Sequence record: SRR31156797_8580
Reading direction: 5' to 3' (one strand)
Length of the DNA stretch: 52,297 bases
Part shown: positions 20,907 to 30,494 of the stretch, in pieces
How positions within the stretch are numbered: position 1 is the stretch's first letter
Layout: every line of letters starts with the position of its first letter
The notes under the pieces: generated by a model
The model's input: only the letters and a program-made list of their open reading frames with translations
Databases searched by the model: none
What the model was told of the DNA's origin: nothing
Translations under genes and position numbers: made by a program

Positions 20907-22787
20907 ATGAAATATCGTCATTTTATGAACACTATAACGGCAGTGATTAGCATTGCTTACCTAGTGTTTTTACTTAGACAGTTCTTTTTTCCGGTTTCAC
21001 CGTTGACTGCTGCAAGTATCCACGTATACATGGCAACAGCTCTTGTTTTATGTTTTCAGCCTTTAGAGTTTAAGAATCAATCTCTTCTTTATTTGGGAAG
21101 GGTTCTCAACCTTGTTTTTGTCGGACTGACACTTTCGGTTGTATATCACTACTATACAGCGATTCCACGATTAGAAACCCGTCTGGAAATGATTGATGAC
21201 GTTTTATTCTCGGATAAATACGCATTCATCGTTGGGTTGTTAATGTTGTTTGAAGCGGTAAGACGTTCAGTTGGCTTCTCACTGTTATCTGTAGTTATTG
21301 TTTTCGTTTTATACGGTTTCTTAGGTCCATACTTCCCTGGCTGGACTGCATTTGATGGCTTTACTTTAGATACCATGACAGAGTTAATCAGTATGCAAGC
21401 TGATGGTTTGTTTGGTATTACGGCAAGTACAGCGATCAACTTTGTATTTTTCTTTGTGATGTTCGGGTGTGTGTTCACCATGACTGGTGGCGGTAGTGTT
21501 TTCATTGACTTAGCGATGAAAGCGACAGCGTCTCTAACGGGTGGTGCAGCGAAAATGTCACTATTGGGCTCTGCTTTGTTTGGTATGGTGAGTGGCTCGG
21601 CGGTAGCAAATACAACGTCAACGGGTGTATTGACGATTCCAATCATGAGACGCTCTGGCTATACCAAAGAGCAAGCGTCTGCAACAGAAGCAATTGCTTC
21701 GACTGGTGGGCAATTGATGCCGCCAATCATGGGTATTGCCGCTTTTGTCATGGCTGACATGCTGGGTATCCCTTACGCTGAAATTGCAGCAGCTGGTATT
21801 ATTCCTGCGGCAGCATTCTATTTCGCTCTGTTTGTTATTATCGATTTACGTGCTCGTAAAACTGGAGTTGGTAACATTGCAAAAGAAGATCTGCAATTTG
21901 AGCCCATTTTACCTCGACTTCACTTGATCATTTCGCCTGTATTTTTGGTTATCGCATTAGTTTCTGGTTATTCAGCACCTTATGCAGCGTTTGTTGGTAC
22001 CGTGGTTGCGCTCGTTGCGCCATTACTACGTAAAAACACTCGTTACAGCTATAAAGTGGTGTATCCGATGATTTTGGATATCGCCAAGCAAATGTCTTGG
22101 GTATCTGTTCCTCTGGCATCTGTAGGTATCATCATGGTACTGGCGACTCAATCTAACTTAGCATTTAAGTTTGTTGAGATATTGAGTGCAGTCGGTCAGG
22201 ACAACCTGTATCTATCATTAGTCATGGTAATCCTTGGTTGTGTCATCATGGGGATGGGACTTCCAACAGTTGCGGCATACATTATTGGTTCAATCATTTT
22301 TGCTCCGGCACTTATTGATATGGGCGTTAATGTTCTGGCTGCGAACATGTTTATTATGTACTACTGCGTACTATCAATGGTGACACCACCTGTAGCGTTG
22401 TGTGCTTATGCGGCATCAGCGATAGGCCATGCAGACTCTTCAAAGACTGGCTTTATCGCGTTCTCTTACGCACTGGTTATTTTCCTTGTTCCATTCAGCT
22501 TTATTACTGACCCAGTTGTACTGTGGCAGGGTAGTTGGCATCTAATTCTGATCGCTTTCGCAGGTATGCTAATGGCAACATTTTGCTGGGCCGTATTCCT
22601 GCAGGGTTGGCTGAAGAAGAATCTAAATATCGTTGAGAGAACACTGTTCTTAGTGGCAAGTTTGGGGATTGTTCTGGATAACTCAGCGACACCTCTATGG
22701 TACTTCTTCTTAGCCGTCGCTGTCGGGTTAATTGTTTGGTGCTGGAAATCTTCACCAAGCAAAGTACCCAGTGCAAATCTAGTTTAA
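20907..22787 (+). CDS. TRAP fused 4TM/12TM permease
   Basis: SALFGMVSGSAVAN, EAIASTGGQLMPPIMG, GMGLPT, TPPVAL. Confidence 0.92.
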   Translation: MKYRHFMNTITAVISIAYLVFLLRQFFFPVSPLTAASIHVYMATALVLCFQPLEFKNQSLLYLGRVLNLVFVGLTLSVVYHYYTAIPRLETRLEMIDDVLFSDKYAFIVGLLMLFEAVRRSVGFSLLSVVIVFVLYGFLGPYFPGWTAFDGFTLDTMTELISMQADGLFGITASTAINFVFFFVMFGCVFTMTGGGSVFIDLAMKATASLTGGAAKMSLLGSALFGMVSGSAVANTTSTGVLTIPIMRRSGYTKEQASATEAIASTGGQLMPPIMGIAAFVMADMLGIPYAEIAAAGIIPAAAFYFALFVIIDLRARKTGVGNIAKEDLQFEPILPRLHLIISPVFLVIALVSGYSAPYAAFVGTVVALVAPLLRKNTRYSYKVVYPMILDIAKQMSWVSVPLASVGIIMVLATQSNLAFKFVEILSAVGQDNLYLSLVMVILGCVIMGMGLPTVAAYIIGSIIFAPALIDMGVNVLAANMFIMYYCVLSMVTPPVALCAYAASAIGHADSSKTGFIAFSYALVIFLVPFSFITDPVVLWQGSWHLILIAFAGMLMATFCWAVFLQGWLKKNLNIVERTLFLVASLGIVLDNSATPLWYFFLAVAVGLIVWCWKSSPSKVPSANLV

Positions 22788-22866
22788 ATCCTCCTTTCAA
22801 TTAGCCCTCTGCTTGAGGGCTAAATTTACTCAATACATGAAACATCCACACAATGGAGTAGATTCA

Positions 22867-24018
22867 ATGAATCAAGAAGTCGTTACAGTTGTACGCGATG
22901 GCAAATTAACAGCGACCGATGGTCAGTTTTCTTCAGCGATGCTGCCTTCTGATTACCCTCAAAACCACGCGTCGAATTTATTAGTGCTGCCAAACGGTGA
23001 CATTTTATGTACTTGGTTTGCTGGTACACAAGAAGGTGTGGCTGACATTTCTATTTTATGTTCACGTCTGCGTAAAGGCAGTGATGTATGGGAACCAGCA
23101 ATTAAGCTTTCAAATGATCCGGAGCGTTCAGAACAGAACCCAGTATTATTTTTAGACCCAGACAATACACTTTGGCTGCTTTGGACCGCGCAAGTATCAG
23201 GCAATCAAGACACTGCGATTGTTCGTTACAGAAAATCAGAAGATTTTGGTGAAACTTGGCAGGATATCGACGTTTTGATTGATAAGCCCGGCACATTTAT
23301 TCGTCAGCCTATTGTTGTTCTTGATAATGGGAACTGGCTGCTACCAATTTTTAACTGCACAGTTAACCCTGGTGAGAAATGGGTTGGAAACTATGATACA
23401 AGTAGCGTAAAAATCTCTGAAGACAAAGGTAAAACCTGGCGTGATGTTGATGTTCCGGAAAGTCTGGGTTGCGTTCACATGTCCATAGCTCCGTTAAAGA
23501 ATGGCTCTTTGATTGCGGTTTATCGTAGCCGTTGGGCGGACAATATTTATCAAAGTTATTCACATGATAATGGCGAGACCTGGTCTGAGCCTAAAGCGAC
23601 AGAACTACCAAACAATAACTCCTCCATTCAGGTTACAGCGTTAAGTAATGGTGACTTGGCAATGGTGTTCAATAATATGAGTGCTGCTGGTGCAACCGAT
23701 CGCCGTAGCTCTCTATATGATGAAATTGAAGATGACAGCGGCGCAGTAGAGCCAGAAATTATCGATGGTAAAAGCGCATTTTGGGGTGCTCCACGAGCAC
23801 CAATGTCACTGGCAGTATCGAAAGATAACGGCGAAAGCTGGACGATTGTTGCCAACCTTGACGAAGGTGACGGTTTCTGTATGACCAATAACTCACAGGA
23901 AAAACTCAACCGAGAGTTTTCTTACCCGACGATTACTCAATCAGAGGATGGTGTTGTTCACGTCGCTTACACCTATTTCCGTCAAGCTATTAAGTACGTT
24001 CGTATTAATCACCTGTAG
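22867..24018 (+). CDS. Cytoplasmic BNR/Asp-box beta-propeller, sialidase-like glycoside hydrolase
   Basis: Asp boxes SEDFGETW, SEDKGKTW, SHDNGETW, SKDNGESW; EFSYP; no signal peptide; GGAG RBS before ATG 22867. Confidence 0.82.
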   Translation: MNQEVVTVVRDGKLTATDGQFSSAMLPSDYPQNHASNLLVLPNGDILCTWFAGTQEGVADISILCSRLRKGSDVWEPAIKLSNDPERSEQNPVLFLDPDNTLWLLWTAQVSGNQDTAIVRYRKSEDFGETWQDIDVLIDKPGTFIRQPIVVLDNGNWLLPIFNCTVNPGEKWVGNYDTSSVKISEDKGKTWRDVDVPESLGCVHMSIAPLKNGSLIAVYRSRWADNIYQSYSHDNGETWSEPKATELPNNNSSIQVTALSNGDLAMVFNNMSAAGATDRRSSLYDEIEDDSGAVEPEIIDGKSAFWGAPRAPMSLAVSKDNGESWTIVANLDEGDGFCMTNNSQEKLNREFSYPTITQSEDGVVHVAYTYFRQAIKYVRINHL

Positions 24019-24079
24019 CAATCACAACGAATATGTAGCTCTTCAGTACAGGGCTACATATTAATCGAGGGATACCGTC

Positions 24080-24556
24080 ATGATATGTGGAAGCTTATTT
24101 TCATTGCAAACAGCGGGATTACCCGCTCCTTTCAAAAAAATCCTTTCTTCTCCTCAATGTACGTTTGAAGCTTTAACGAGTGCCGATGACCAAAAAATGC
24201 AACTTGCTGGTGAAGCATGGTTTTGCAATATTGGACCAGCATCGACTCAAGAAGCAGAGTTGCGCCATACAGAGTTCCATAAACTGTACGCTGATATTCA
24301 GGTTGTATTGGATGGTGAGGAGATTATTAACTACGGTGTGCTCAATTGTATGGCAGAGGACGCTATTGAGAAAAAGCCTGATTTACTAATATTGAGTCAA
24401 CCCAAGCTTACACAATCCGTGCACCTGAAGCCGGGCGATTTTGCGATCTTCTTACCTGGGGAACCTCATCAGGCTTTATGTATGGTGAAAGAACCGAAAT
24501 CTGTTCGGAAAGCGGTATTTAAAGTACCTTTGTCGATGATTGAGGAGCTGCTATGA
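24080..24556 (+). CDS. YhcH/YjgK/YiaL family protein
   Basis: EFHKLYADIQ, PGDFAIFLPGEPH, VRKAVFKV. Confidence 0.88.
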   Translation: MICGSLFSLQTAGLPAPFKKILSSPQCTFEALTSADDQKMQLAGEAWFCNIGPASTQEAELRHTEFHKLYADIQVVLDGEEIINYGVLNCMAEDAIEKKPDLLILSQPKLTQSVHLKPGDFAIFLPGEPHQALCMVKEPKSVRKAVFKVPLSMIEELL

Positions 24557-25233
24557 GCCGCCATGCGCTAGTAACCGGTGTCAGTTCAGGAATTGGTCAG
24601 GCAATAGCAGAAACACTGTTATCTAAGGGCTGGAAGGTGACGGGGTTAAGCCGAACTAAAGTGGAGCATGAAAATCCTTACTTTGTCAGTCACTCTGTAG
24701 ACCTATTTGATACCAATGACTTGGTTGAATGCTTAGAGCAGTTACCTCCGGTGGATGCTGTTATTCATGCCGCAGGAAAAATGGTGGCGGCTCCGCTCGG
24801 AGAGTTAAATACAGAAGAGAGTCGATCGATATGGCATCTTCACGTCGGCGTCGCAGAAATTTTGGCAAATCACTTTGCTGATAAGCTCGGAGATGGTGGT
24901 CGTATTGTTATTATTGGAAGTCGAACATCGAAAGGAGTTGCGGGGCGTTCTCAATATGTCGCAACAAAATCTGCATTGTTTGGAATGGTACGTAGTTGGG
25001 CTGCAGAGCTTGCACCTAAGGGCATTACCGCTAATATCGTCGCACCTGGAGCAACAGAAACGCCAATGCTGCTCAATCCAAACCGGAAATCATCCCCTCC
25101 TAAACTGCCACCAATGGGACGTTATATCTCGCCTTATGAAGTCGCAGAATATGTAAACTTTATCCTCTCCCCCTATGCTGGCGCTATTACAGGTCAAGAG
25201 CTTGTAATGTGTGGAGGCGCATCTCTTCAGTAG
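24553..25233 (+). CDS. Short-chain dehydrogenase/reductase
   Basis: TGVSSGIG, YVATK catalytic motif, NIVAPG; overlaps the yhcH-like stop (ATGA). Confidence 0.9.
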   Translation: MSRHALVTGVSSGIGQAIAETLLSKGWKVTGLSRTKVEHENPYFVSHSVDLFDTNDLVECLEQLPPVDAVIHAAGKMVAAPLGELNTEESRSIWHLHVGVAEILANHFADKLGDGGRIVIIGSRTSKGVAGRSQYVATKSALFGMVRSWAAELAPKGITANIVAPGATETPMLLNPNRKSSPPKLPPMGRYISPYEVAEYVNFILSPYAGAITGQELVMCGGASLQ

Positions 25234-25260
25234 TTGTTTAACCATGATGATTGATGAATT

Positions 25261-25296
25261 AAAAAAGCGATGACTGATAAAGACATCGCTTTTTTT
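25261..25296 (+). terminator. Intrinsic terminator ending the acid-sugar operon
   Basis: AAAAAAGCGATG/CATCGCTTTTTTT. Confidence 0.8.
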
Positions 25297-25475
25297 ATAT
25301 TCTTGTTCGTAAGCGTTTTGATGTAGTGAACAAGTCGTTGACAGCACTGAGTTTTTGAAGGCAGAGGTTCATCTAGTAAACGATCATAATAAGCCTAACA
25401 TCACTTTTTATGGCTTTGCTACTCATCAACAACTAGTTAATAAATAATAACTTTAATATAAATGCTGTTTGTTAT

Positions 25476-25494
25476 GAAAATGATTCTCATTTAT
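25476..25494 (+). promoter_or_regulatory. Fur box upstream of the fhuC-like gene
   Basis: GAAAATGATTCTCATTTAT, 13/19 to GATAATGATAATCATTATC. Confidence 0.75.
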
Positions 25495-25551
25495 TTGTTA
25501 GCGTGATATGTTGAGCGCAACATAACCAACATTTAACTTACTAATTTACTT

Positions 25552-26319
25552 ATGTATCAACTTGTCGACGCGTCATTTCTTATCGATGGCAAGACTATTC
25601 TTTCACCCACTAACCTCACTTTTTCACCGGGAAAAGTAACAACGCTGCTTGGTCATAATGGGTGTGGTAAGTCGACGTTAGTGAAACTTCTTAGTCGTCA
25701 AAACTCTCCAACTAGCGGACAAGTTTTATTTAATCAGCAACCCGTCTCGTCATTTTCAAACTTAGAGTTCGCCCATCAGGTTGCGTACCTTCCGCAACAT
25801 CCACCAATAACCGATGGTGTCACGGTGCGTGAGCTGGTTTGTTTCGGCCGTTACCCGTGGAAAGGGGCGTTTGGACGCTATGGAAAAAGTGATTATGACA
25901 TTGTTGACCAAGCCATTGAGAAAGTGGGGCTAACCTCGTTTGCTGATCGCTTTGTTGCGACCCTTTCCGGAGGCGAAAGACAAAGAGCTTGGGTAGCCAT
26001 GCTACTTGCTCAACAAAGCCAGTGTATTTTGCTCGATGAACCCACATCAGCGCTGGATGTCGCTCATCAACATGAGCTGTTGGCTTTGATCCGAGAACTT
26101 AATCAAACCATGGGCTTAACGGTGATCATGGTGCTGCACGATGTCAACATGGCGGCAAAGTTTAGCGACCACCTTATTGCTCTCCATTCGGGAAAGATCA
26201 TTGCATCTGGATCTCCTCAAGAGCTGATGACACCTAAAACGTTAATGAAAATATACGGTATGGAATTAGCGATCTTTGATCACCCGAACACCGGAAAACC
26301 GATCAGTTATATACCGTAA
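25552..26319 (+). CDS. fhuC: Ferric-hydroxamate ABC transporter ATPase
   Basis: GHNGCGKST, GRYPW, LSGGERQRAW, LLDEPT. Confidence 0.88.
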   Translation: MYQLVDASFLIDGKTILSPTNLTFSPGKVTTLLGHNGCGKSTLVKLLSRQNSPTSGQVLFNQQPVSSFSNLEFAHQVAYLPQHPPITDGVTVRELVCFGRYPWKGAFGRYGKSDYDIVDQAIEKVGLTSFADRFVATLSGGERQRAWVAMLLAQQSQCILLDEPTSALDVAHQHELLALIRELNQTMGLTVIMVLHDVNMAAKFSDHLIALHSGKIIASGSPQELMTPKTLMKIYGMELAIFDHPNTGKPISYIP

Positions 26320-26336
26320 ACAAAAAGGAACCTGTT

Positions 26337-27230
26337 GTGAAAAAACTCATATTAATGCTCTCAGCAGTAGTAGCATTCAATAGTTACGCATTCGATATTA
26401 CCCATGAAATGGGCACAGCCTCTTTTGCAACAACACCAAACAAAGTGGTTGCGTTAGATTGGGTACTGACGGAAACAGCACTGAGTTTAGGTGTTGAACT
26501 TGAAGGGGTTGCAGATACTGAAGGCTATCAGCAATGGGTGGTAGAACCCAGTTTAAACGCTGATGTGATAAATGTTGGGTCACGCCGTGAGCCAAACTTA
26601 GAGCTGCTGACAGAGATTAAGCCTGACGTTATTTTAATTAGCAAGCACATGGCTGCGGCTTATGAGCAACTGAATAAGATTGCTCCGGTGCTGGTTTACA
26701 GTGTTTACAGTGAGAAGAAGCAACCGATAGAATCAGCAAAATCTATTACGATCTCTTTAGGTAAACTGTTTGGCAAAGAGCAGCAAGCTCAACAAGTCAT
26801 TGCTCAAACAACAGAACGATTAGAAAACAACGGCAAAAAAATCGCTTCTGCAGATAAAGCTAATAAACCGCTTCTATTTGCCCGTTTTATCAACGACAAA
26901 ACACTTCGCATTCATAGTCAAGGCTCGCTGGCACACGACACCATTAACGCAATGGGGTTAAAGAATGACTGGCAAGAACAAACGAATTTGTGGGGATTTA
27001 CTACTGCAGGAACAGAGAAGTTAGCGGAACATCAAAAGGCTAACGTACTGCTTTTCGGCCCTTTAAAACCGGAACAACGTAATCAACTTACTCAATCTCC
27101 TCTTTGGCAAGCGATGGAATTTACCCGTACCAACTCGGTCTATGAACTTCCTGCGATTTGGACTTTTGGTGGTTTGATCGCAGCGCAAAGATTCAGTGAT
27201 CATATTACTGAGCAACTTATCCAACAGTAA
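26337..27230 (+). CDS. fhuD: Ferric-hydroxamate periplasmic binding protein
   Basis: Signal peptide, VVALDW, VGSRREPNLE, WTFGG. Confidence 0.85.
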   Translation: MKKLILMLSAVVAFNSYAFDITHEMGTASFATTPNKVVALDWVLTETALSLGVELEGVADTEGYQQWVVEPSLNADVINVGSRREPNLELLTEIKPDVILISKHMAAAYEQLNKIAPVLVYSVYSEKKQPIESAKSITISLGKLFGKEQQAQQVIAQTTERLENNGKKIASADKANKPLLFARFINDKTLRIHSQGSLAHDTINAMGLKNDWQEQTNLWGFTTAGTEKLAEHQKANVLLFGPLKPEQRNQLTQSPLWQAMEFTRTNSVYELPAIWTFGGLIAAQRFSDHITEQLIQQ

Positions 27231-29227
27231 TGAATACCTTAAAGATCGCGAACCCTACTAACGGTCGATTAAATATCAAAGCAGCAACGTTATTAAGCAT
27301 TGCTGCTTTGATCATTGGAACGCTGATCCAAATAACGGCTCCTTATTCACAAGGGTTCGGCCTGATTTGGGATACTGTTTTTCATTTTGACTCAGCAAAC
27401 TATCAGCACTTAATCACTTACTTCACCTATTTACCACGGTTGTCGGTTGCGATTATTTGTGGGTTCGCACTCGCTATCGCAGGCTGTGTCATGCAGTTTA
27501 TATTGCGTAACCCCATTGCTTCGCCAACAACATTAGGTGTTGCTGCAGGGGCAGAGCTTGGCATGGTGCTTGGCCTTCTTCTTATTCCTGCCCACGTTAT
27601 GGTTCCGGCATTTGTCCCCGCTTTTGTAGGGGGCTGTCTATCGACGCTTTTGGTCTTTGCGCTCAGTTCAGTAAGAGGGTTTTCGCCACTGCATATGGTA
27701 CTCGCTGGCATGGTGGTCAGCCTGTTCTTAGGCTCGTTAAACACGATGCTGCTGATGCTGCATGAACAGAAGTTAACCAGTATTTTTGTGTGGGGAGCTG
27801 GGGCTCTCAATCAAAATGATTGGTCGAGTACCCAAGTTTTATTGCCTTTGGTTCTGCTGCCAGTGCTGTTGCTTTTGATTCTACAGCGTCCTTTATCCGC
27901 GCTGCAGTTTGGTGATGATGTTGCCACTTCCTTGGGTGTTAATATCAAACAGATCAAATTGATGTGCTTATCGTTAGCGATATTTATTACAGCGTCAGTG
28001 GTCAGTGAAGTCGGATTGATAGGTTTTGTTGGCATTGTTGCGCCTGCTATCGCGAGAATGTTGGGTGTTAGAGCGCTTGCCAAGCAGATTATGGCCAGTG
28101 GTGGGATTGGAAGTGTCATCTTGCTTACCGTCGATTTAGTCAGCCAACCGTTATCCGGTGTGGGTGGTGAGCTTGTACCTACTGGTGCGATGACAGCATT
28201 GATCGGCGCACCATTTTTATTATGGTTATTGCAACGTACTAAGCTTCAATCCGAGCTTAAGGCTCGCAGTGAAAGCGTAGCGAATTACAAGTTGGTTGAT
28301 ACGCGAAAAACCTTGCTGGTACTGACGTGCGTGGTGGTCATTGTTTCTCTGTTTGCAGTTGTCGTCGGTAAGAATCAGTTCGGTTGGAGCTTGAGCATTA
28401 ATCCATCGATGTTTGAATTACGCGCTCCTCGAGTTCTGGTGGCATTGGTGGCAGGTATTGGATTAGCTTTTGCCGGTACGATCATTCAGCGTATCTCTCA
28501 GAACCCAATGGCAAGCCCTGAAGTATTAGGTATCAGTTCTGGTGCTGCGTTAACTCTGGTTTTAGGTTCTGTGCTTGGTGTTGCCGCCACTCGAGAACAG
28601 CAAATGTTGCTGGGTACTCTCGGTGCAGTAGCTGTGACAGCCGTAGTTTGGTTAATGGGCCGCAAACATAATTTTGCTCCAACACAAACGTTGTTGACTG
28701 GTATTGCATTGAGCGCAGGCTTAGATGCGCTACTCAGAATTGCCATGAGCTCTGGACATGATAATGCAGCCGCTCTATTGACTTGGTTGTCGGGCTCGAC
28801 TTACTTAGTTTCCCATAATGATGTTCTGTTGTTAGCTATTGGTGTGGCTTTTATCGGAATCATCGCGCTAGCACTCAATCGTTGGATCGACCTTATTGGT
28901 CTCGGTGAAGTCACCGTGAGTAGCTTGGGCATCAATGCAACCTTGGTGAGGTTAGTGTTGCTGCTGCTGGTGGCGGCATTAACAACCTTATGCACCATAG
29001 TGATTGGCCCGCTGAGTTTTATTGGTTTATTAGCCCCGCATATGGCGCGTTCACTTCACCATTTCCGTGCTATACCACAAATGCTAACTGCTGCATTGCT
29101 TGGTGGCATTATTATGGTATTGGCAGATTGGATTGGTCGAGTGGTTTGGTTTCCTTGGCAGTTCCCGGCCGGTTTACTTGCATCCTTGATTGGTGGCGGA
29201 TACTTCCTCTATCTCATGCGGCGTTAA
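27230..29227 (+). CDS. fhuB: Ferric-hydroxamate ABC permease (two FecCD halves)
   Basis: RNPIASP and QNPMASPE repeats; 665 aa. Confidence 0.9.
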   Translation: MNTLKIANPTNGRLNIKAATLLSIAALIIGTLIQITAPYSQGFGLIWDTVFHFDSANYQHLITYFTYLPRLSVAIICGFALAIAGCVMQFILRNPIASPTTLGVAAGAELGMVLGLLLIPAHVMVPAFVPAFVGGCLSTLLVFALSSVRGFSPLHMVLAGMVVSLFLGSLNTMLLMLHEQKLTSIFVWGAGALNQNDWSSTQVLLPLVLLPVLLLLILQRPLSALQFGDDVATSLGVNIKQIKLMCLSLAIFITASVVSEVGLIGFVGIVAPAIARMLGVRALAKQIMASGGIGSVILLTVDLVSQPLSGVGGELVPTGAMTALIGAPFLLWLLQRTKLQSELKARSESVANYKLVDTRKTLLVLTCVVVIVSLFAVVVGKNQFGWSLSINPSMFELRAPRVLVALVAGIGLAFAGTIIQRISQNPMASPEVLGISSGAALTLVLGSVLGVAATREQQMLLGTLGAVAVTAVVWLMGRKHNFAPTQTLLTGIALSAGLDALLRIAMSSGHDNAAALLTWLSGSTYLVSHNDVLLLAIGVAFIGIIALALNRWIDLIGLGEVTVSSLGINATLVRLVLLLLVAALTTLCTIVIGPLSFIGLLAPHMARSLHHFRAIPQMLTAALLGGIIMVLADWIGRVVWFPWQFPAGLLASLIGGGYFLYLMRR

Positions 29228-29323
29228 CAAGATGATTGTTTTTTGAAATCAAAAAGACAATCAATAGTAATGAAAGGCGTTTATGTTTATGATTTGGATA
29301 ACGAATTTACCGACTTTTAATCC

Positions 29324-30274
29324 ATGAAACAGACAGAAATTACCAAACTACAGCAAGATTTAATGATAAAAGTGGTCGCTAAGCTGAAAGCTGAACAAGC
29401 GAAAATTGGCGACAGCTTGAATGAATCTTTGCTGGCGCAGCAGTTCGAAGTATCGAGAACCCCCATGCGTGCCGTGCTTGTGTATATGTCGACATTAGGT
29501 ATCACTAAGGCCGTTCCTTATAAGGGTTTTGTGTTACAAGTTGATGCGCAATCCATTGAAGCTGAAGGCGATGATCAAGCGTCTCGTCAGGAGCAACTCT
29601 ATCTGAGATTGTTAATGGATCTGTTCTTCGGCGAAATCGATACTGCGTTCTCTGAAAAAGAGCTTCAGGAACGTTATCAAGCCAACCGTGGAGAAGTACA
29701 AGGTGTGCTTCGACTGTTGGAGAACGATGGTATTTTGCGTCGCAGCCCCGGATACAAGTGGCAACTCGATGGTGTATTGAATACGCTTGAAAGGCATTCA
29801 GAAAGCTATCGATGTCGGTTGATCTTTGAACCTGCGGGTTTACTTGAACCGAGTTGGACACTTGATCGGCAGGGGTTAGAAAACTGTCGTGAGCGGCATG
29901 TTAAAGCGATTCAACATCCACAGTCGGTGACTTCAAGTGAGTTGTTTCGTCTAAGCGCAGATTTTCATGAATTACTGGCGGCTTGCTCAGGAAATCGTTT
30001 TTTACTTGGTAATATGCAGCAACATAATCGTATGCGTAAAGCTACGGATCTGGTGTCGATGCACTTTCAATCTTCGGTCAGTAAATCCTGTCAACGCCGT
30101 CTAGAGATCATCGATTTGGTGTTGGACGGAAACAATCTCGAAGCATCCAACAAACTGGCACTGCTGTTAGAAAATGATATTCGTGTCATGCAACGCACCT
30201 ATAACCATATCGTTAACCTCTCGCAATCGGAGCGTGAACAGCTCGTTGATAGCATTGCTGACATCCACATTTAA
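29324..30274 (+). CDS. GntR family regulator (IutR-like) with tandem HTH and FCD domain
   Basis: LAQQFEVSRTPMR, FHELLAACSGN; directly upstream of iutA as in Vibrio iutR-iutA. Confidence 0.8.
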   Translation: MKQTEITKLQQDLMIKVVAKLKAEQAKIGDSLNESLLAQQFEVSRTPMRAVLVYMSTLGITKAVPYKGFVLQVDAQSIEAEGDDQASRQEQLYLRLLMDLFFGEIDTAFSEKELQERYQANRGEVQGVLRLLENDGILRRSPGYKWQLDGVLNTLERHSESYRCRLIFEPAGLLEPSWTLDRQGLENCRERHVKAIQHPQSVTSSELFRLSADFHELLAACSGNRFLLGNMQQHNRMRKATDLVSMHFQSSVSKSCQRRLEIIDLVLDGNNLEASNKLALLLENDIRVMQRTYNHIVNLSQSEREQLVDSIADIHI

Positions 30275-30427
30275 TCTTGTAGGCTGCCGATTTTAGGCAG
30301 CTTATTTCCCGCTATATTATCTTTTTAAATCGAATCATCATCTTTCCAAACACCGCCAGCTAGGGCGAGCAATCACTGCAATTTCACTCTATCTGTCTCA
30401 ACTTACTTCACGCCTAATTGTACAAAA

Positions 30428-30494
30428 GAAAATAATTCTCATTAACTTATTGAGTTTTCGCTGCAGAAATACAATAATAATGATTCTCATTTAT
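30428..30494 (+). promoter_or_regulatory. Two Fur boxes upstream of iutA
   Basis: GAAAATAATTCTCATTAAC (30428-46, 14/19) and AATAATGATTCTCATTTAT (30476-94, 13/19). Confidence 0.72.
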
